This document shows, one piece after another, positions 38,840-52,764 of a DNA stretch of 64,000 nt (position 1 is its first letter; each line of letters begins with the position of its first letter). This stretch comes from Lama glama (lineage: Eukaryota): the NCBI GenBank assembly GCA_028534125.1, contig CM052832.1, forward strand, positions 20,090,001 to 20,154,000, read 5' to 3'. A program made the position numbers and the translations under genes. The notes under the pieces are model-generated. The model had not been told where the DNA came from. It made no database searches and saw only the letters and a list, made by a program, of their open reading frames with translations.

Positions 38840-39339
38840 NNNNNNNNNNNNNNNNNNNNNNNNNNNNNNNNNNNNNNNNNNNNNNNNNNNNNNNNNNNNN
38901 NNNNNNNNNNNNNNNNNNNNNNNNNNNNNNNNNNNNNNNNNNNNNNNNNNNNNNNNNNNNNNNNNNNNNNNNNNNNNNNNNNNNNNNNNNNNNNNNNNNN
39001 NNNNNNNNNNNNNNNNNNNNNNNNNNNNNNNNNNNNNNNNNNNNNNNNNNNNNNNNNNNNNNNNNNNNNNNNNNNNNNNNNNNNNNNNNNNNNNNNNNNN
39101 NNNNNNNNNNNNNNNNNNNNNNNNNNNNNNNNNNNNNNNNNNNNNNNNNNNNNNNNNNNNNNNNNNNNNNNNNNNNNNNNNNNNNNNNNNNNNNNNNNNN
39201 NNNNNNNNNNNNNNNNNNNNNNNNNNNNNNNNNNNNNNNNNNNNNNNNNNNNNNNNNNNNNNNNNNNNNNNNNNNNNNNNNNNNNNNNNNNNNNNNNNNN
39301 NNNNNNNNNNNNNNNNNNNNNNNNNNNNNNNNNNNNNNN
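38840..39339. other. Assembly gap (500 N)
   Basis: Run of N. Confidence 1.
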
Positions 39340-39544
39340 CCCTTCTTTCTCACCAGCGCACCTATTCATGGTAAACATTGGAGCTACTTCTCGTCTCTTC
39401 CTCTTTGTAATAGACCCTTGCTATTTAAGAGATACACCCCTGAGATTTCTGTAAATCCTAAAATTTGTAAATATTTTTGTGACAGAATTCTGCAAGTATT
39501 ACTGTGAATCAGTGAGGACTAAGGTGCCAGAGACACTTACTGGT

Positions 39545-39867
39545 TGTGGAGTATCAATGTGCTCCCTCCATGTTTTTTAACCACCTAAATTTTGGGATGA
39601 TATGAATACATTATCTAGCCAAAGGGCCATAATTGAAACTGATGTGCTTTTCTAATGGGTGGGACAATTTAAGAACCACATTGAAATTCTCCTTTCTCTT
39701 TCACTGTCCTAGAGAAAAAGATCACAGAAAAGAAACAGCCCAGATCCTCCAGTCATTGAAAATAGCTTCCCTATGGAGCTACTAACCCCATGATAAAGAT
39801 CGTGTGAGTGATAAATAAACTTGTATGTTTCTTACTGCTTCAGAGCTGGCCTATCCTGACTAATACA
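39545..39867 (+). mobile_element. MaLR (MLT1-type) LTR remnant
   Basis: 'gtgtgagtgataaataaac' and canonical end 'tcctgactaataca'. Confidence 0.65.
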
Positions 39868-40444
39868 ACTACCAAAAACAAAAAACTAGCCTATCCTCGA
39901 CAACATTTCATAGTAAATAACACAAGTTCATAATCATGTTTCTGAAATTGCACCTCTATATCTACTTATGTCATTTCAGCAAAATAGTAGTTCTTGGGAT
40001 ACCCAAGTCTCTCTCAGATTTGACTAATGCAAGGAGAAAACTTGGACAATAAATCTCAACTCTATGCATGTTGTCCAAACTACATAATTTAAACTGACTT
40101 TCTGTTACACTTCTCTCAACTTCATTGAGAATCACCAGTATAGGTTAACTGGAGGAATATTACTTTAAATTGAGAATAAAGAGAGAACACTGAGAAGTGG
40201 GTGGCTGATGGTCAACAAAGTTTATTCACTCCCAAATGAACTTTTTCCATCAGCCTTGTAATGCACACATATTCAAAAGAAGATGTAGTCTGAATCTCTG
40301 TGAATTTAGCTATTTCTTAGACTCTACCTAATACCTGTTTTTGCTTGACTTGAAAATATCTCAGCTTGCTTATAATTCTCAGATATAATCTGATACTAGA
40401 TACCAAATGTGTGGGATTATCTGTTCTCTAATTTCTTCCCATCC

Positions 40445-41160
40445 TACCAGTCAGTGTCCAATCAAGGCATCAGGAACAATGCTTGTTGTCAATATAAGAA
40501 CTGTTAGCTGAGTGTAAAGGGGTTTAATAGAGAATTCAAAACGCAAGAAAAGAATATTAGATATAACAAAGGTACTATTTCAGGAAGTAGCCTCCATCCC
40601 TAGGGCTAGGGAACAGAAGGAAGAGGTTGGAATTAAATGACATAGAAGCTTAGAGGAAGACCCATGGAGTGGAAACACAGACTTCTGAGGAGGAGGAAGT
40701 ACTGCTGATCTTGAGCTGGTGTCTCTGAGCTCAGAGGAAGGGCCATAGGACAGAGACCCAGACTTTCTCCCCTCCTAGGAGGAGGAGGCTCTGGCTGGCT
40801 CTTGCTGCTAGGAGGTGGGGGTAGGGCTCTGTGGCTGGTTCTACAGGACTCCTAGAAAGTGCAGTCCTGACTCAGGATGTACCAGCCAGGAACCTCTGCT
40901 GTTGGAGGGAAGAAGTGCTGGGCTGACACAGGGACAGGGAACAAGTGAGAAGAAAGCAGAAGACTTGCAGGAAACAAACAAGATGGTGCAGTCTCTTCTC
41001 CCTCCTCCAAATGTATAGACACCTCCTGCTGCTGCCTGCTCCTGACAAAGCCCATCGGGAGCTGGTGGCTGAGCAGAAGTGGGTTTTGATTCCCATTTCC
41101 ATTATAGAAAGTTAGAAGGGTAGATTTGGTGCTGAGAAACAATAACTAAAATTTGGCAGA
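40445..41160 (-). mobile_element. Ancient LTR (LTR33/LTR67/LTR78-like)
   Basis: 'taccagtcagtgtccaatcaagg' at one end and 'gggtagatttggtgctgagaaacaataactaaaatttggcaga' at the other. Confidence 0.65.
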
Positions 41161-41529
41161 CATATTCCTATGGAATTTATTTCCTAATTTACTTCAGAAA
41201 TAGCTGTCTCCCAGTAATTAAAAAAAATTAAGTGATTCTGACAGTTGTTTTTCCTTCCTCACCTGTAGATTAGCCATATTAAAATTTCTCTAAATTTTAT
41301 GCTTTAATTCAACTTTCTTTGTACAATAAAAATGGTTCTAGCTTTAGAAATAATAAATCCCAGCATAAGAATGAGAATACCTGGGTCCTAATTGTCTACT
41401 TATGTAATCACTGGAAAATTATATAACATGTCTGAGATTTGATTACCTCATGGGGATATTATTAGATTATAAAAATATACCGTGATAGAATTATTTCTAT
41501 GGTCCTGTGACAATCATGGGCACAATGAC

Positions 41530-41860
41530 AGTTGTACACACACAACTACAGATGCTTTGCTCTGCAATCCATCACAGCATTTGCACTGAAGTCATACTTC
41601 CCATGGGTTGCTCCAAATTAAAGATTATACTTGAGTAGTACCCTAAGGTTGGCCTGTTTCTGAAGGACAAGGGACTTCTATGACAGCCTACTTGATCTGA
41701 AGGACTCTCCAGCAACCTGGTTGAATGTTCCTTAGACTGGATGATGTCTGGGGTGCTTCCACCCAAATCCCATTTTCTCTCTCTTTCACTGGTAATTAAA
41801 CTTGCATGCTGTCCTGATGTCTCTCCCAAACTCAATGCTCCCTGTCTCTTGGCTTTTCCC
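41530..41860 (+). mobile_element. LTR16-like ERVL LTR
   Basis: 'gcatttgcactgaagtcatacttcccatgggttgctcc', 'aggactctccagcaacctgg', 'cttccacccaa'. Confidence 0.75.
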
Positions 41861-41914
41861 CTTTTACAACCCTTGCATGTCTGATCCTGTCTTGATGTTT
41901 GCTTTGCAACATGC

Positions 41915-42060
41915 TTTGTGTTTCTTAAAATGTGATCCATCAACCATCGGGGCCAGAATCACCTGGAGTTAATGCCTGAAATTGACCTCTCCAGATCGCT
42001 TATCAGAGCTCCTCGGTCAGAATTTTCTGAGATTAGGGGAAACTTTCTGTATTTTTAAGT
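41915..42060. mobile_element. MER5A-like MITE fragment
   Basis: 'tttcttaaaatgtgatcc...cagaatcacctggag'. Confidence 0.6.
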
Positions 42061-42129
42061 TTTTAATATTAAATTTTTAATATTAAATTTTTAGCTGCAC
42101 TGTCATACTAACATCTCTGTCAACACTTT

Positions 42130-43820
42130 AATGATTTCCCAGCCCTCTTTTCTTGCTTGTGTGAAGTTCACCATAATTTTTATCCCTGTTCCTCTAGAGG
42201 TAGGGTATCCCTGCCCTTTTTTTTGTCTTTAGTGTTCTGCAGTTTGAATATGATATGTTTAGGTGTATGGGATTTTATCATTGCTGTTTGGTATTCATCC
42301 TGCTTGTTTTCTAAGCTTCCTAGATCTGTGGTTTGACAGTCAATAATTTTGGAAAATCCTTGAACATTGCCATTCCAAACATTTCTTCTGCTCTATCCTT
42401 TCTTCTTCTTTTATTGCAATTAAGTCTGTTACACCTTTTGAAATTGTCCCACAGTTCTACATTCTAGTTTTTTTACTTGTTTTTTCCATTATTTTTTCTC
42501 TCCATTTCTGATTAAGAATTTTCTGTTGAGCTTTCATCAAGAACAGTGATTCCTTCTTTAGCTGTGTCTAGTTAATTGATAAGCCCATCAAAGACACTCT
42601 TTATTTCAATCAATGTTTTTGATTTCTAGTATTTCCTTTTCAGTCTTAGAATTTTCATGTCTCTGCTTACCTTCTTTTGCCTATCTTCTCTTTCATGTTG
42701 ACTCCTTTTTCCATTAAAACTTTAAACATTTAAATTTTTCATACCTATTTGAAAATCATGGTCTGATAATCCCCAAATCTGTGTCATATCTGAGTCTAAT
42801 TATGATGCTGTATCTCTTTATATTGTGTTTCTTTCTTACTATTTGGAATGTCTTTTTTAATTTCATGCCAAAAGCTAGAAATGTTATATCAAGTAATAGG
42901 AACTGAGATAAATAGGCCTTTAGTTTGAGGATATGTTAATCTGGCAGAGTTGTGCTGTGTTTAATGTTTGCTGTAGATGTCTGGGGCTTCAGATTCCTCT
43001 AGTGTCCATGTTTTTTTGTCTTCCCTCTTTACTGCAGTCTTCCCTAAGTGCTCCTTCTCAGAGAGAGCCTATAGTTTGCAGTCCTTTCGATAGAATCCAT
43101 TTTATTAAACTAGAGTTGTGTTAGTATGCTGGGAAGGTGTGGAAAGAGTATATTCTATAATCTTGGATTAAATCTGTCTTTTCATGGGCTTGTGTCTCAG
43201 GACCATTACCTTCACATATATTTTATGTCCCTCTGCCTCCTACTCAGTTTCCTGGCTCCAACATTGTCAGTTAATTTCCTGACCTGTTGCCTCTGGTTTT
43301 TGTTTTCCCCTTAGTTGAGACAAGAAGGCTGGAAGGGGGCTGATTTGGAAGAAATTTTCTTCCTCTCACTGAGAATAAAGCTTTAGCAGAATCCTTTCCC
43401 CTAAAGAATAGGCTTTTGTTATGGAGAAGACTGTGGGTGTATTTTACAATGTTTATTCATCCCCTTTCCCTGCCAGAGCCAGAGGGGATATTCCATGTAT
43501 CTTCCTGGAAATAAATCCCATGCAACTGTGGACCGCCCCCAAAGATCACAAGCTATACCTCTGACTCAGCCTTTGGCAGTTCGTCAAAATCACCCTGTGA
43601 GTGTTCCTACCAGTTTACAGCTCCAGCTGCTTCTGCTCCAGGTAAGAAAATCTCAGCTCTACCTCCAGATGCCCTTCTCTCTCTTTCTAGATATTAAGAG
43701 AGGGGTTCTCTGTAGGGTTTAAGAAAAGTCATTGATTTTTCACTTTAACGTTTTCTTATTGTAAGGATGAGAGTGATGAGTTCCAGAATCTTTACATGCT
43801 GGAGATGAAAGCAAAAGTCA
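42130..43820 (-). mobile_element. Old L1 (L1MC/L1M4-type) 5'UTR and ORF1 remnant
   Basis: T-rich; 'agtttgaatatgatatgtttaggtgta', 'gataagcccatcaaagacactctttatttc', 5' end 'tctttacatgctggagatgaaagcaaaagtc'. Confidence 0.8.
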
Positions 43821-44199
43821 TAGCCACATCTCTGGTTTCAAAAATAAACAGATAGGGATTCAGTAGTTATAAAAAAACTACCATAGGTGATAGGGTAATG
43901 AACTTAGGACCCTATCTCTGCTGTCAGTGTCACAGGAAACATGAGGCACCCACCACCCTCAAATAGCTATGATTTTCCCATATCTTCAGGTCCAAATTGT
44001 GCTATTCCCACCAGCTCTCTGGTTTCATGACCTTGGAATGTATAACATCACAACTCACATTTAGACAAATCTATGAAGGCAGAAAATCCATTTAGTTTGA
44101 AATTCTAAGATAGTTTAAGACCTGGGCTGCTGCTTTATTGAAAGTGTAGCTACTTGTAAAACTTTTCCCAGAACTCTGTTAATTGTTAATATAGCATTT

Positions 44200-44345
44200 G
44201 TTACATTTATTACATATACGTTTGTATCTTTCCACTAACTAGTAAGCTCTTTGAAGAAAGGAACTCATTTTATTTATATTTGTATCTATAGAATATGGCA
44301 AATTCTGTCAAATAGAAGCCCAAGAAGTAATACATACATAAATCC
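44200..44345 (+). mobile_element. L2 3' end
   Basis: 'gtaagctctttgaagaaaggaactc...tatatttgtatc'. Confidence 0.65.
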
Positions 44346-44389
44346 AAGATTACTGTTATCAGGAAGTTTCTATTTGTACATTTCTCAAA

Positions 44390-44920
44390 GTATTTTTAAA
44401 CTTCTTCAATTTCATATTTGACCCACTGATTTTTTTAGTAGCATGTTGTTTAGTCTCCATGCCATCGTTTTTTTATTTGTTTTTCTGTGGTTGATTTCTA
44501 GTTTCATGGCATTATGATCAGAATAGATGCTTGATATAATTTCTGTTCTCTTAAATTTGTTGAGGCTTCTTTTGTGCCTAAGTATGTGATCTATTCTAGA
44601 GAATGTTCCATGTGCACTTAAAGAATGTATATTTTGTTATTTGGGGATGTAAGTCCTAAGAATATCAACCAAGTCCAACTGTTCCATGGTGTCATTTAGT
44701 ATCTGTTGCCTTATTGCTTTTTCTGTCTGAAAGATCTGTCCAATGATGTTAATGGGATGTTAAAGTCTCCTACTATGATTGTGTTCCGATCAGTTTCTCC
44801 CTGTATGTCTGTTAGTATTTGTTTTATGTATATAGGTACTTCTATATATATAGAACATATATTAGGTGCATATATGTTAACGAGTGTAATATCCTTATCT
44901 TGTATTGCTCCTTTACTATT
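44390..44920 (-). mobile_element. L1 ORF2 endonuclease-region fragment (younger, artiodactyl-type)
   Basis: 'gagaatgttccatgtgcactt', 'gggatgttaaagtctcctactatgattgtgtt', 'ttaggtgcatatatgtt'. Confidence 0.9.
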
Positions 44921-45444
44921 TATAAATTTCTAAGTGTGATTTGCTCACATCTCCTGGACAGAGAGTCCTTTATGATGAAAATATAGGAAAAAGATAAATT
45001 ATAGGTAAGAAGCCTCCATAATTTTCAACTTCAAAATTAATTTAAAATTTGTGGGGTATGAAATAATGGTAATCAGTACCTACATGCTAACTAGACATTT
45101 TCATATAAGTTAAGGAATCACCTCACCATCTTCTTCACGATCTTAATTGTCAGCAATTTTTAATTGTCTTTCTTGGTACTCGTATTTTGATCATGCAAAT
45201 CTTATGTATTTGTCACTTAATTATTTTGTCATTGCTAATTGATTAGGCATTGGTTAATAACAGTCCTCTTTTGGTTGCTGGTGATAAAAAACAACAAAAA
45301 AAATATGATCTCTTCCTTTTAACCAACCTTAATATTGTCAGTATAGGAAAACTAGAAAAAGGAGAGTCACCTAAGATGGAAAAGGTAGTGCAGGAAAAAC
45401 TTCATAGAGGAGGTGATGTGATGTGAATTGACGTTTTGAGAAAT

Positions 45445-45700
45445 GTAAATGTTACTGAAATAAGTCATACATACAGGAAAATGCACCAATAATGCTTGCA
45501 CAGCTCAATGAATGTGTATAGTAAACTGGAAACCAGTATAACAGGCATACAAAACAAAGCAAAACTTAACTATAATCCAGAAAATAACTGCCTGTGTTTT
45601 CAGTCACTACCTCCCCAAATTTACCATTATCCTCTTCTTTAATACTATAGATTAGTTTTTTTCTATTTTGCATTGTATATAAATGAAAATATAGACATTT
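45445..45700 (-). mobile_element. L1ME-type 3' end
   Basis: 'catacatacaggaaaatgcac...cagctcaatgaat', 'tttaatactatagattagtttt'. Confidence 0.65.
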
Positions 45701-46249
45701 TTAAAGGTAAATCTATGCAGGTATGAAATAGAAAAGTGGGAAATTCCAACCGTAGATACTAGCCTGAAAGGAGATACAGGACTCAGAAGCCTGTTTCATC
45801 CAATCATTGCGTCCCAGTTCTGTGCCTGCTCCGGGTCTCCTCCTACACTTGGAAGGCCGAGAAACTTACTCTTACCTAGCTTTCTGCTCCATCCGCTATC
45901 TTCTTTGGATGCTTCTCTCTTGAAAGGGAATTGAGGTAGTAGTTTTCCCTCCCCTTCCTCTGTTTGTTTTCTATACATATTGTATTTATTTTAAAACAAC
46001 ATCAGCATTTCTCATCTTGGATTGTAAATTCCTGTAGAGCAGGCTGCAGCTATTTAAACTGACTTTTAAAGAATTTAGTAAATTACAGGCCTATGAGGTT
46101 GCTTTAAGTTTAGTAATATATTTTTCAATTATGTGATAACTTTTTATAGGGAAGTATAAATGACGAATTAAGGTTATAGCAAAAATCTCAATGTGTTGTG
46201 TGTGTATATCTGACAAGAGTCATAGTTACAGAACTTTTAACTGTTCTTC

Positions 46250-47500
46250 TCATAAAACTGAACTACTATCTTACACTGTACACAAAAATTAACTCAATGT
46301 GAATGCTGAACATAAGACCCCAAACCATAAAACTTCTAGAAGAAAACATAGGCGGTTAGCTCCTTCACATAGGTCTTGGTGGTAATTTTTTAATGACACG
46401 AAAACCAAAGGCAACAAAAGCAGAAACAAACAAGTGGAACTAGATAAACTACAAAGCTTCTGCATAGCAAAGGAAATCATCAACAAAAGGAAAAAGCAAC
46501 CTACTGAATGGGAGAAAATATTTGTAAATTGTATCTGATAAGGGGTTAATATCCAAAATATGTAAAGAACTCATTCAATTTAGTAGCAAAAAAAAATAAT
46601 AATCTGATTAAAAATTGGGCAGAAGATCTGAACAGACGTTTTTCCAAAGGAGACAAGTGGGTGACCAACAGGTACATGAAAAGATGCTCAATATCACTAA
46701 TCACTAGGGAAATGCAAATCAAATCCACAATGAGGTATCACCTCACTTCTGTTAGAATGATTATGATCAAAGAGACAAGAAATGGCAATTGTTGGTGAGG
46801 ACATGGAGAAAAGGGAACACTTGTGCCCTGTTGGTGAGGGTGCAAATTGGTGCAGCCACTATGAATACAGTATGGAGTTTCCTCAAAAAAAAAAAAAAAA
46901 GAAAGAACTACTGTATGATCCAGTAGTTCCACGCCTGGGTATTTTTCCAAAGTAAAGGAAACCACTATTCCAAAAAGATATCTGCACCCCTATGCACCCT
47001 TATGCTCACTGCATGTACAATAAGCCAAGACATGGAAACACAGAAACAACTTAAGATTCCATCAATCAATGGATGAATGGATAAAGAAAATGTGATATAT
47101 ATGTAAAATTTTACAATGAAACGTTTTCAGCAATAAAAAAGAATAGATTCTTGCCATTTGTGACAAGATGGATGGACCTTGAGGGCATTGTGCTAAGTGA
47201 AATAAGTTAGAGAAATATAAAGGAGATCATACTGTATTTGTCTGTGGAACTTAGAAAAGAAAAACAAACAGGAATAAGCTCATCGATATAGAGAATAGAT
47301 TGGTCATTGCCAGAGGCTGGTGGTGAGGGTTGGGATAAATGGGTGAAGGAGCAAAAAGTACACATTTATTTTATAAATGTAATGTACAGCATGGTGACTA
47401 TAGGTAATAATACTGTATTGCATATTTGGAAGTTGCTAGGAGAGTTCATCTCAAAAGTTATCACAAGAAAAAAATTTCGTAACTATATGTAAAAACAAAA
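46250..47500 (+). mobile_element. L1 ORF2 C-terminal region and 3'UTR (L1MA-type), decayed
   Basis: 'acaaaaattaactcaa', 'gggaaatgcaaatcaaa', 'tgcaaattggtgcagccactatg', 'gatgaatggataaagaaaatgtg'; frame disrupted. Confidence 0.93.
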
Positions 47501-48129
47501 AAAGTACTAGAAGAGAAAATTCAGTCAACTGAAAAGTGAACCAAAAGAAATTACTTTGAAAAGGAAAAAAATATATATTTCCTAGAAACATATAATAAGG
47601 TTTTATTTTTCTAATGATACAACTTTTATTCCTTTCTCCTTGTTTCAATTACATTTATGTTGCTTACATTTTTACTTCAGGCTCCGTTTTTCCTTTTCTG
47701 GGATACACTTTCCCATAATATTTACTAGTTTTAGTGAATACCAGAAGCAGTAGACCATCATATACTTCAGACTTTGCAAGGGCCTTATGTTAGTCAGAAA
47801 TCCCTTCCTTCTTTCTTCCTAAAGGAATTGGGTGATTTCTATGGATTTTCTGACCACTGATCTTGGCTGGCAAAAATGCATGTTAAAAGGTCTACGTTGT
47901 TTTATAGTATGTTTAATTTAGCCAAGGAAATGGAGTTCAGGCTTATCCCGTATAAAATGCCTCACTCAGTGAAGGGTTTGGGTTCTTTATTATTAGTTCC
48001 TACTTCAGCTTCTAAGGCTGAATCCAGCACTGTGATGTGTTACAGTATTGTTGTGGTGATTTCATTATCTACATGTTAAAGAGCTATTTAGGAGTGACAA
48101 TAAATGTTTTCATGAATACGAATCATCAT

Positions 48130-48350
48130 TATAGTATTTTTTTTTGAGTGCCTGCATGGCTCTGGCTTTGTTCTAATTGTCTTCTTAATTCATTTAACAT
48201 TCACAGCAATACCATGAGGTGGGTTTTATTATAGTCCTCATTTCGTACATAAAGAAACTGAAGTACAGAAATGCTAACCTGCCAGCTTTTACATGGGAAA
48301 ATTGGAACTCAGAGCCAGGCAGTCTGGTTCTCAAGTCTGTGTCTTCCACA
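48130..48350 (-). mobile_element. MIR SINE
   Basis: 'tcacagcaataccatgaggtggg...cctcatttcgtacataaagaaactgaag'. Confidence 0.85.
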
Positions 48351-48449
48351 GTGAGGCCAGGCTGTGATCAACACATCAGATTGGAGACTGTCACCTAGAA
48401 GCCATATTCAATTTTTGAAAAATCATAAATATCTTAAAGGAAATACTAC

Positions 48450-49050
48450 CCATAGTTAAGTCCTTCTTGAGCTGCTGTCATGTACCCCTGCTCTGCCAAT
48501 GGAAGAGGGGCTTCATGGAATTTAAGAACAGAGCAAGGAGGCCAATGCCCCAGTGCTAAACTTTGATGTAAAAACAAAACAAAAAATTTATTGCTGTGAT
48601 TACACAAAAGAGCAGAGAATTCCATACGAACACAAATCAATAAGGGCAGTGGATTAGAAAAGGTAGCTGTTTGATCAGGCTTGAAATACTGGAAGAGTTT
48701 AAATAGGCTAAGGAGAGAGAAAGAGCATTTCAAAAAGACAAACACTGATGAACAGCAGTATAGCCATGATAATACTACTGGGTGTACAGATTCCCACAGC
48801 TCTGGAGCTGAGCAGGAGGGGGACATAAAGATGAATATGTACAGGATAACCAGGATAGATGCAAGATGAGGCCTCCAAGTGGCAATCACTAATTGTAGAA
48901 GTGCCAAGTTGTCTTTTGTATATAGTTAGGCAGTTGTCACATATTGAGAGCTTGCGAAGAATGCATGTAGCTAGCCCAGCTCACAGCCTTTCATGAGTCA
49001 AGGGACACCACCAGGAGCCCTAGGAGAGATCCTCAAGGCTGTGTATGTAT
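48450..49050 (-). mobile_element. Possible ancient LTR remnant
   Basis: Reverse poly(A) signal 'tttattg' (~48587) in LTR-like purine-rich text; family unknown. Confidence 0.3.
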
Positions 49051-50044
49051 CTGTTTCTAAGGGCATTTTTCCACTGTTTCTCTATTTTATTTCCCTAAAT
49101 CTTGTGGTCCTTGACTTTTCTATGTTGCCTATTGAACTTACTGAATCTATTCAGAATTCATTAATAATGAAGGTACTGGAAAGCCCTAAATTATACAACT
49201 TGCAGATTGTGGAATAAATAGGCTTTCTTTCCTCTATGCTTTTTCCTCCACCCGTCCCCACCCCTTCATTGGTTGGCAGTTGTGATGACAGTGTTTCTTC
49301 AACGGGAGCTTTCATTTTTGGTGGAGTTGGAGTAGGGGCTGGGGATAGAGAGATGATGAAAGGTGGTGCAAAGCCTTCACACAGACGAATAGACCAGCAC
49401 TTGTGAATCTGCCTTCGTGAGCTACTCCAGCCTCTCACAAGCCCGGCAGCAGTGGGGGTGAGACCGCCTGTGGAGGGGTGCTGATGACCTGCTTGGCTCA
49501 GCAGATGAAAGGCCGGAGGCCTGTGAGGTAGTTACACCTGCAGTTGGAGATACAGGCAGGTGTAGGGCAGGTTTCAGACAGCAGTCTTAACTGGAGAAGA
49601 CTAGACATGGCTGCTTACCTGGTATTTAAATCCGTGGTCTATAATAGGGGGGAAAATTCTCTTGTTTATAGTAATATTAATACATGATTATTCAACCTAG
49701 AGCTTCTTAGTATAACAAAAAGAAGTTCCAACATGGATTTCAGATATCCCTCTTCACAAAGAAAAACAGCGGACACTTCAATTTGGGTGAAAATCTCCCT
49801 CTGTCTTTTCCTCCTTTTCTTCATCTATTACTAATACTGTTACAACCCAAGGCCCTAAGACCTCCTTATTGTGGTTATTTAGTTTCCAAGATAGAGTGAA
49901 TGCAGCTGAGAAGGCATTTTATGTTGCTATCTATTATTTTTGGAATTAAATTCTCATCAGTGAAGGACATCTGGTAGACTGGCCACACATTACTTTAGAA
50001 TTGAGAAGGTACACATTTCTGTCCTGGTTGTCCCCTTGGGCCAT

Positions 50045-50215
50045 TGGCTCACCAGAGTGGTCTGGTGAGCAGTAGCATCAGCACCACCTGGGGAGCTTGT
50101 TAGAAAAAGATACTCTCCAACACCATCCAGAACCACTGAGTTAAACACTGTAGGGATGGGGCCCACAGAGGCTTCCAGGTGTTTCGGAAGCACACCAAAG
50201 TTTGAAAACTTTCAG
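50045..50215. mobile_element. MER5A-like hAT-Charlie MITE
   Basis: 'agcatcagcaccacctggggagcttgttagaaa...ccaaagtttgaaaac'. Confidence 0.8.
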
Positions 50216-50239
50216 CAGTCTCTTTAAGTTTCCTTTTAG

Positions 50240-50410
50240 TTATTTTTTTTACTTAAAAAAAATTGAGATATAGTTGATATACAATATTATGTAAGTTACA
50301 GGTGTGCAACATAGTGATTTGCAATTTTTAAAGGTTATACTCCATTTATAGTTATAAAATATTTACTGTATTCCTTGTGTTAATGCAATATACCCTTATA
50401 GACTATTATA
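50240..50410 (-). mobile_element. L1 3' end (artiodactyl/laurasiatherian-type)
   Basis: 'ttgagatatagttgatatacaatattatgtaagttacaggtgtgcaacatagtgatt...aaaggttatactccatttatagtt'. Confidence 0.88.
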
Positions 50411-52764
50411 TTCTCTATGTAGCTCTTAAGTAAAATAAAGAGGATTCAACTGACTCACTCGCCGAGTTCATCTAACTCAACAACCTAAGATTTTAACCTT
50501 TTCTAAGGTCCTCTCTACTGCTGACCAAAATAGCTTTGGCTGATTTAGCTGTGTTCTTGGGGAAGCAAGCAGGGATCTTGAAAGGGCTTAACCATGAAGT
50601 CTGACTACTGAGTTGATAGACAGCACCCCAGTATATTTCATGCTAAATATTAAGACTTCTCAAGTATTACTCATAATTTCTTTATTCCAATTATAATAAA
50701 CAGACTCAGTGCTACAAAAAAGTCACCTCATCAGTAATACTTAGGATTATGTATGCTGTTCATAATAATTCCTCTTGTGGTGGTTGTTTCATCAGAAAAA
50801 AAAAAAAAGCAGCAGCAATTGGCCTGCTAGTTTTTAATGATCTGGAGACCCACAGAGTTCAGGATTGTATTTGGCAACTTCTGGGTAAGAATCATTGCAT
50901 ATTTAACAAGCACTTAAGACATAGCAAACAGTAGAATTAAACAGTTCTGAGTATAACCATTAGAAGACCATGAAAAATATGAACAGAGAAATGACTGAAG
51001 AGAAACACCACCTTTGCGCTAGTTGGAAACTACCACGTGATTTAAAAGTGGGCATTGGAGACATAAACACTTTCAGTAATGACTAAAAGCAGCTGCAAAA
51101 ATAATCAGTCTCTTTATAAGCCAGTATTCAGAGGAGTTGTCAGTTTCTGTTGTCTTTGCCAGGGGAAGAGCCCATCCACCCTCTCATCAGTCCTGGGCCA
51201 GCCCAGGGTGGGGCCAGCTGGGGCCGAATGAGGGAAGGAGGCTCCAGGCAGCTGGGGAATAAATGGAAGGAAACACACAGCACATGAGGCAATCTCAGAC
51301 GTACAAGCCAGTTTGCACTGAAGAAGTTCCCTATAGTCATTCTGCATCTGTACTCCTGCAAAATTACAAGCTCAGCTATTCACGCTGTCCTTTAAGCTAC
51401 TTGTGGCTGTCGAAACTTACTCTGGGTGCTTCTGACCCTGTATTTAAGCAGCAGTGAAGTTCTACTTGGATTTCTATTTTCCATGGACTATGAATAGGTA
51501 GAGCTAATTAAACTTGGTTTCTTTACATTGATGTTTATTGAAAAAGAAGTGGAAAGCGACAGGCTTATCTTTGCTTATGTTTTATATGAGCACTGATTTG
51601 AACTTGATTTTGTGTGTTGGCCAAAATATTAACTGGAGGGTGAGTCTAAGAATAATTCACTAGGCTTGGACCTAAGCCTTTATCGGTAAGAAAAGGTCAA
51701 CACACTTGTACAGGAATCTGCTCAAAAACTGCTTCCATTTAAGTGAGTTTACTGAGAAAAATTAAAAATCAGCATCCTTGGAAAGTAAGTGTACATTCCT
51801 ATATGCATTTCTAGATTTTCATAACCACAGTTCCTTAAGATCATGGTGAAAATCATATGTAAATGAGTAAAAGGCTAAATCCTTAATTTACTTTTGTTAA
51901 GAAAACACATGTGATGGAAAGAATGGGCTTTTAATTCAGATGGGGTCCCAGCACCATTGTGTCCCAGTCCAGAAATGGTCTGTAAGATACTTAACCTCTC
52001 TATGCATCATTGAATTCAGGTACAAACTAGCAAATAGAGATGCTGTAAGAACTAAGTAATAGTAGAGAGGGAATATTTCCTATGTGATATCTACTTAAAA
52101 CATGCTCAGAACATATTAATCTTCTTTTTCATAAATAGAATTTCTTTTACACCATCTCCATGTAAGGTCTTTAGTTCGACAGAATTGTATTGTAGCCATT
52201 TTTCCTCCTCCTGTTCCTCTTCTTTCTTACCCCCTCTCCCTCCCCCTCCTTTTCTCTCTCTATAGAAACTTGAATGGAATACAGCTGGACACTGTTCTAG
52301 ATAACAGATATCACTGATGTGGGTGACGTGAATCTGGTTTTCAAAGAGTTCAGGGACTTTTTGATTCTGATAAGTAATAAATCAGTTATTCCAAGAAGGT
52401 ATGGGTGCTCTGATTGAGAAAGTGGCAGGAGACCTGGGTTAGGAGTTGACCTGGAAGAGAGATGGGGAAGAGTGTGCCAGAAACAGGAAAGAATTGATGA
52501 ACAGGATAGAGTAAGCAGTTTAGGACTTTGGGGAGTTTTGAATATGACTGAAGCTCATGATGCATGTTGGGAACTTAAAAAAAAAAAAGCAAAATGAAGA
52601 AGTAGCATGGGATTAATGGTAATGGCCCTTTTAATTCCAAACTAAATATTTAGGCTTTATCTTGAAGATTAGCAGTAATGGAAGAACTTTAACTAGAGAA
52701 AGGACATGATTAGATCTGCATTTTAAAAAAAAAAAACCTGCCTCTTTGGATAGGAGGGGTTAGA

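Noticed and set aside
38717..39507. Long ORFs of 179-245 aa in the ORF track
   Set aside because: Artefacts of reading through the 500-N gap
41572..41943. 123-aa minus-strand ORF
   Set aside because: Antisense to LTR16-like and MER5-like repeats; chance frame
46250..47500. Functional L1 ORF2
   Set aside because: 5'-truncated and interrupted by stops and frameshifts
48446..48907. 153-aa minus-strand ORF, the longest outside gaps
   Set aside because: No recognisable domain, low-complexity L/F/S composition, overlaps repeat-like sequence
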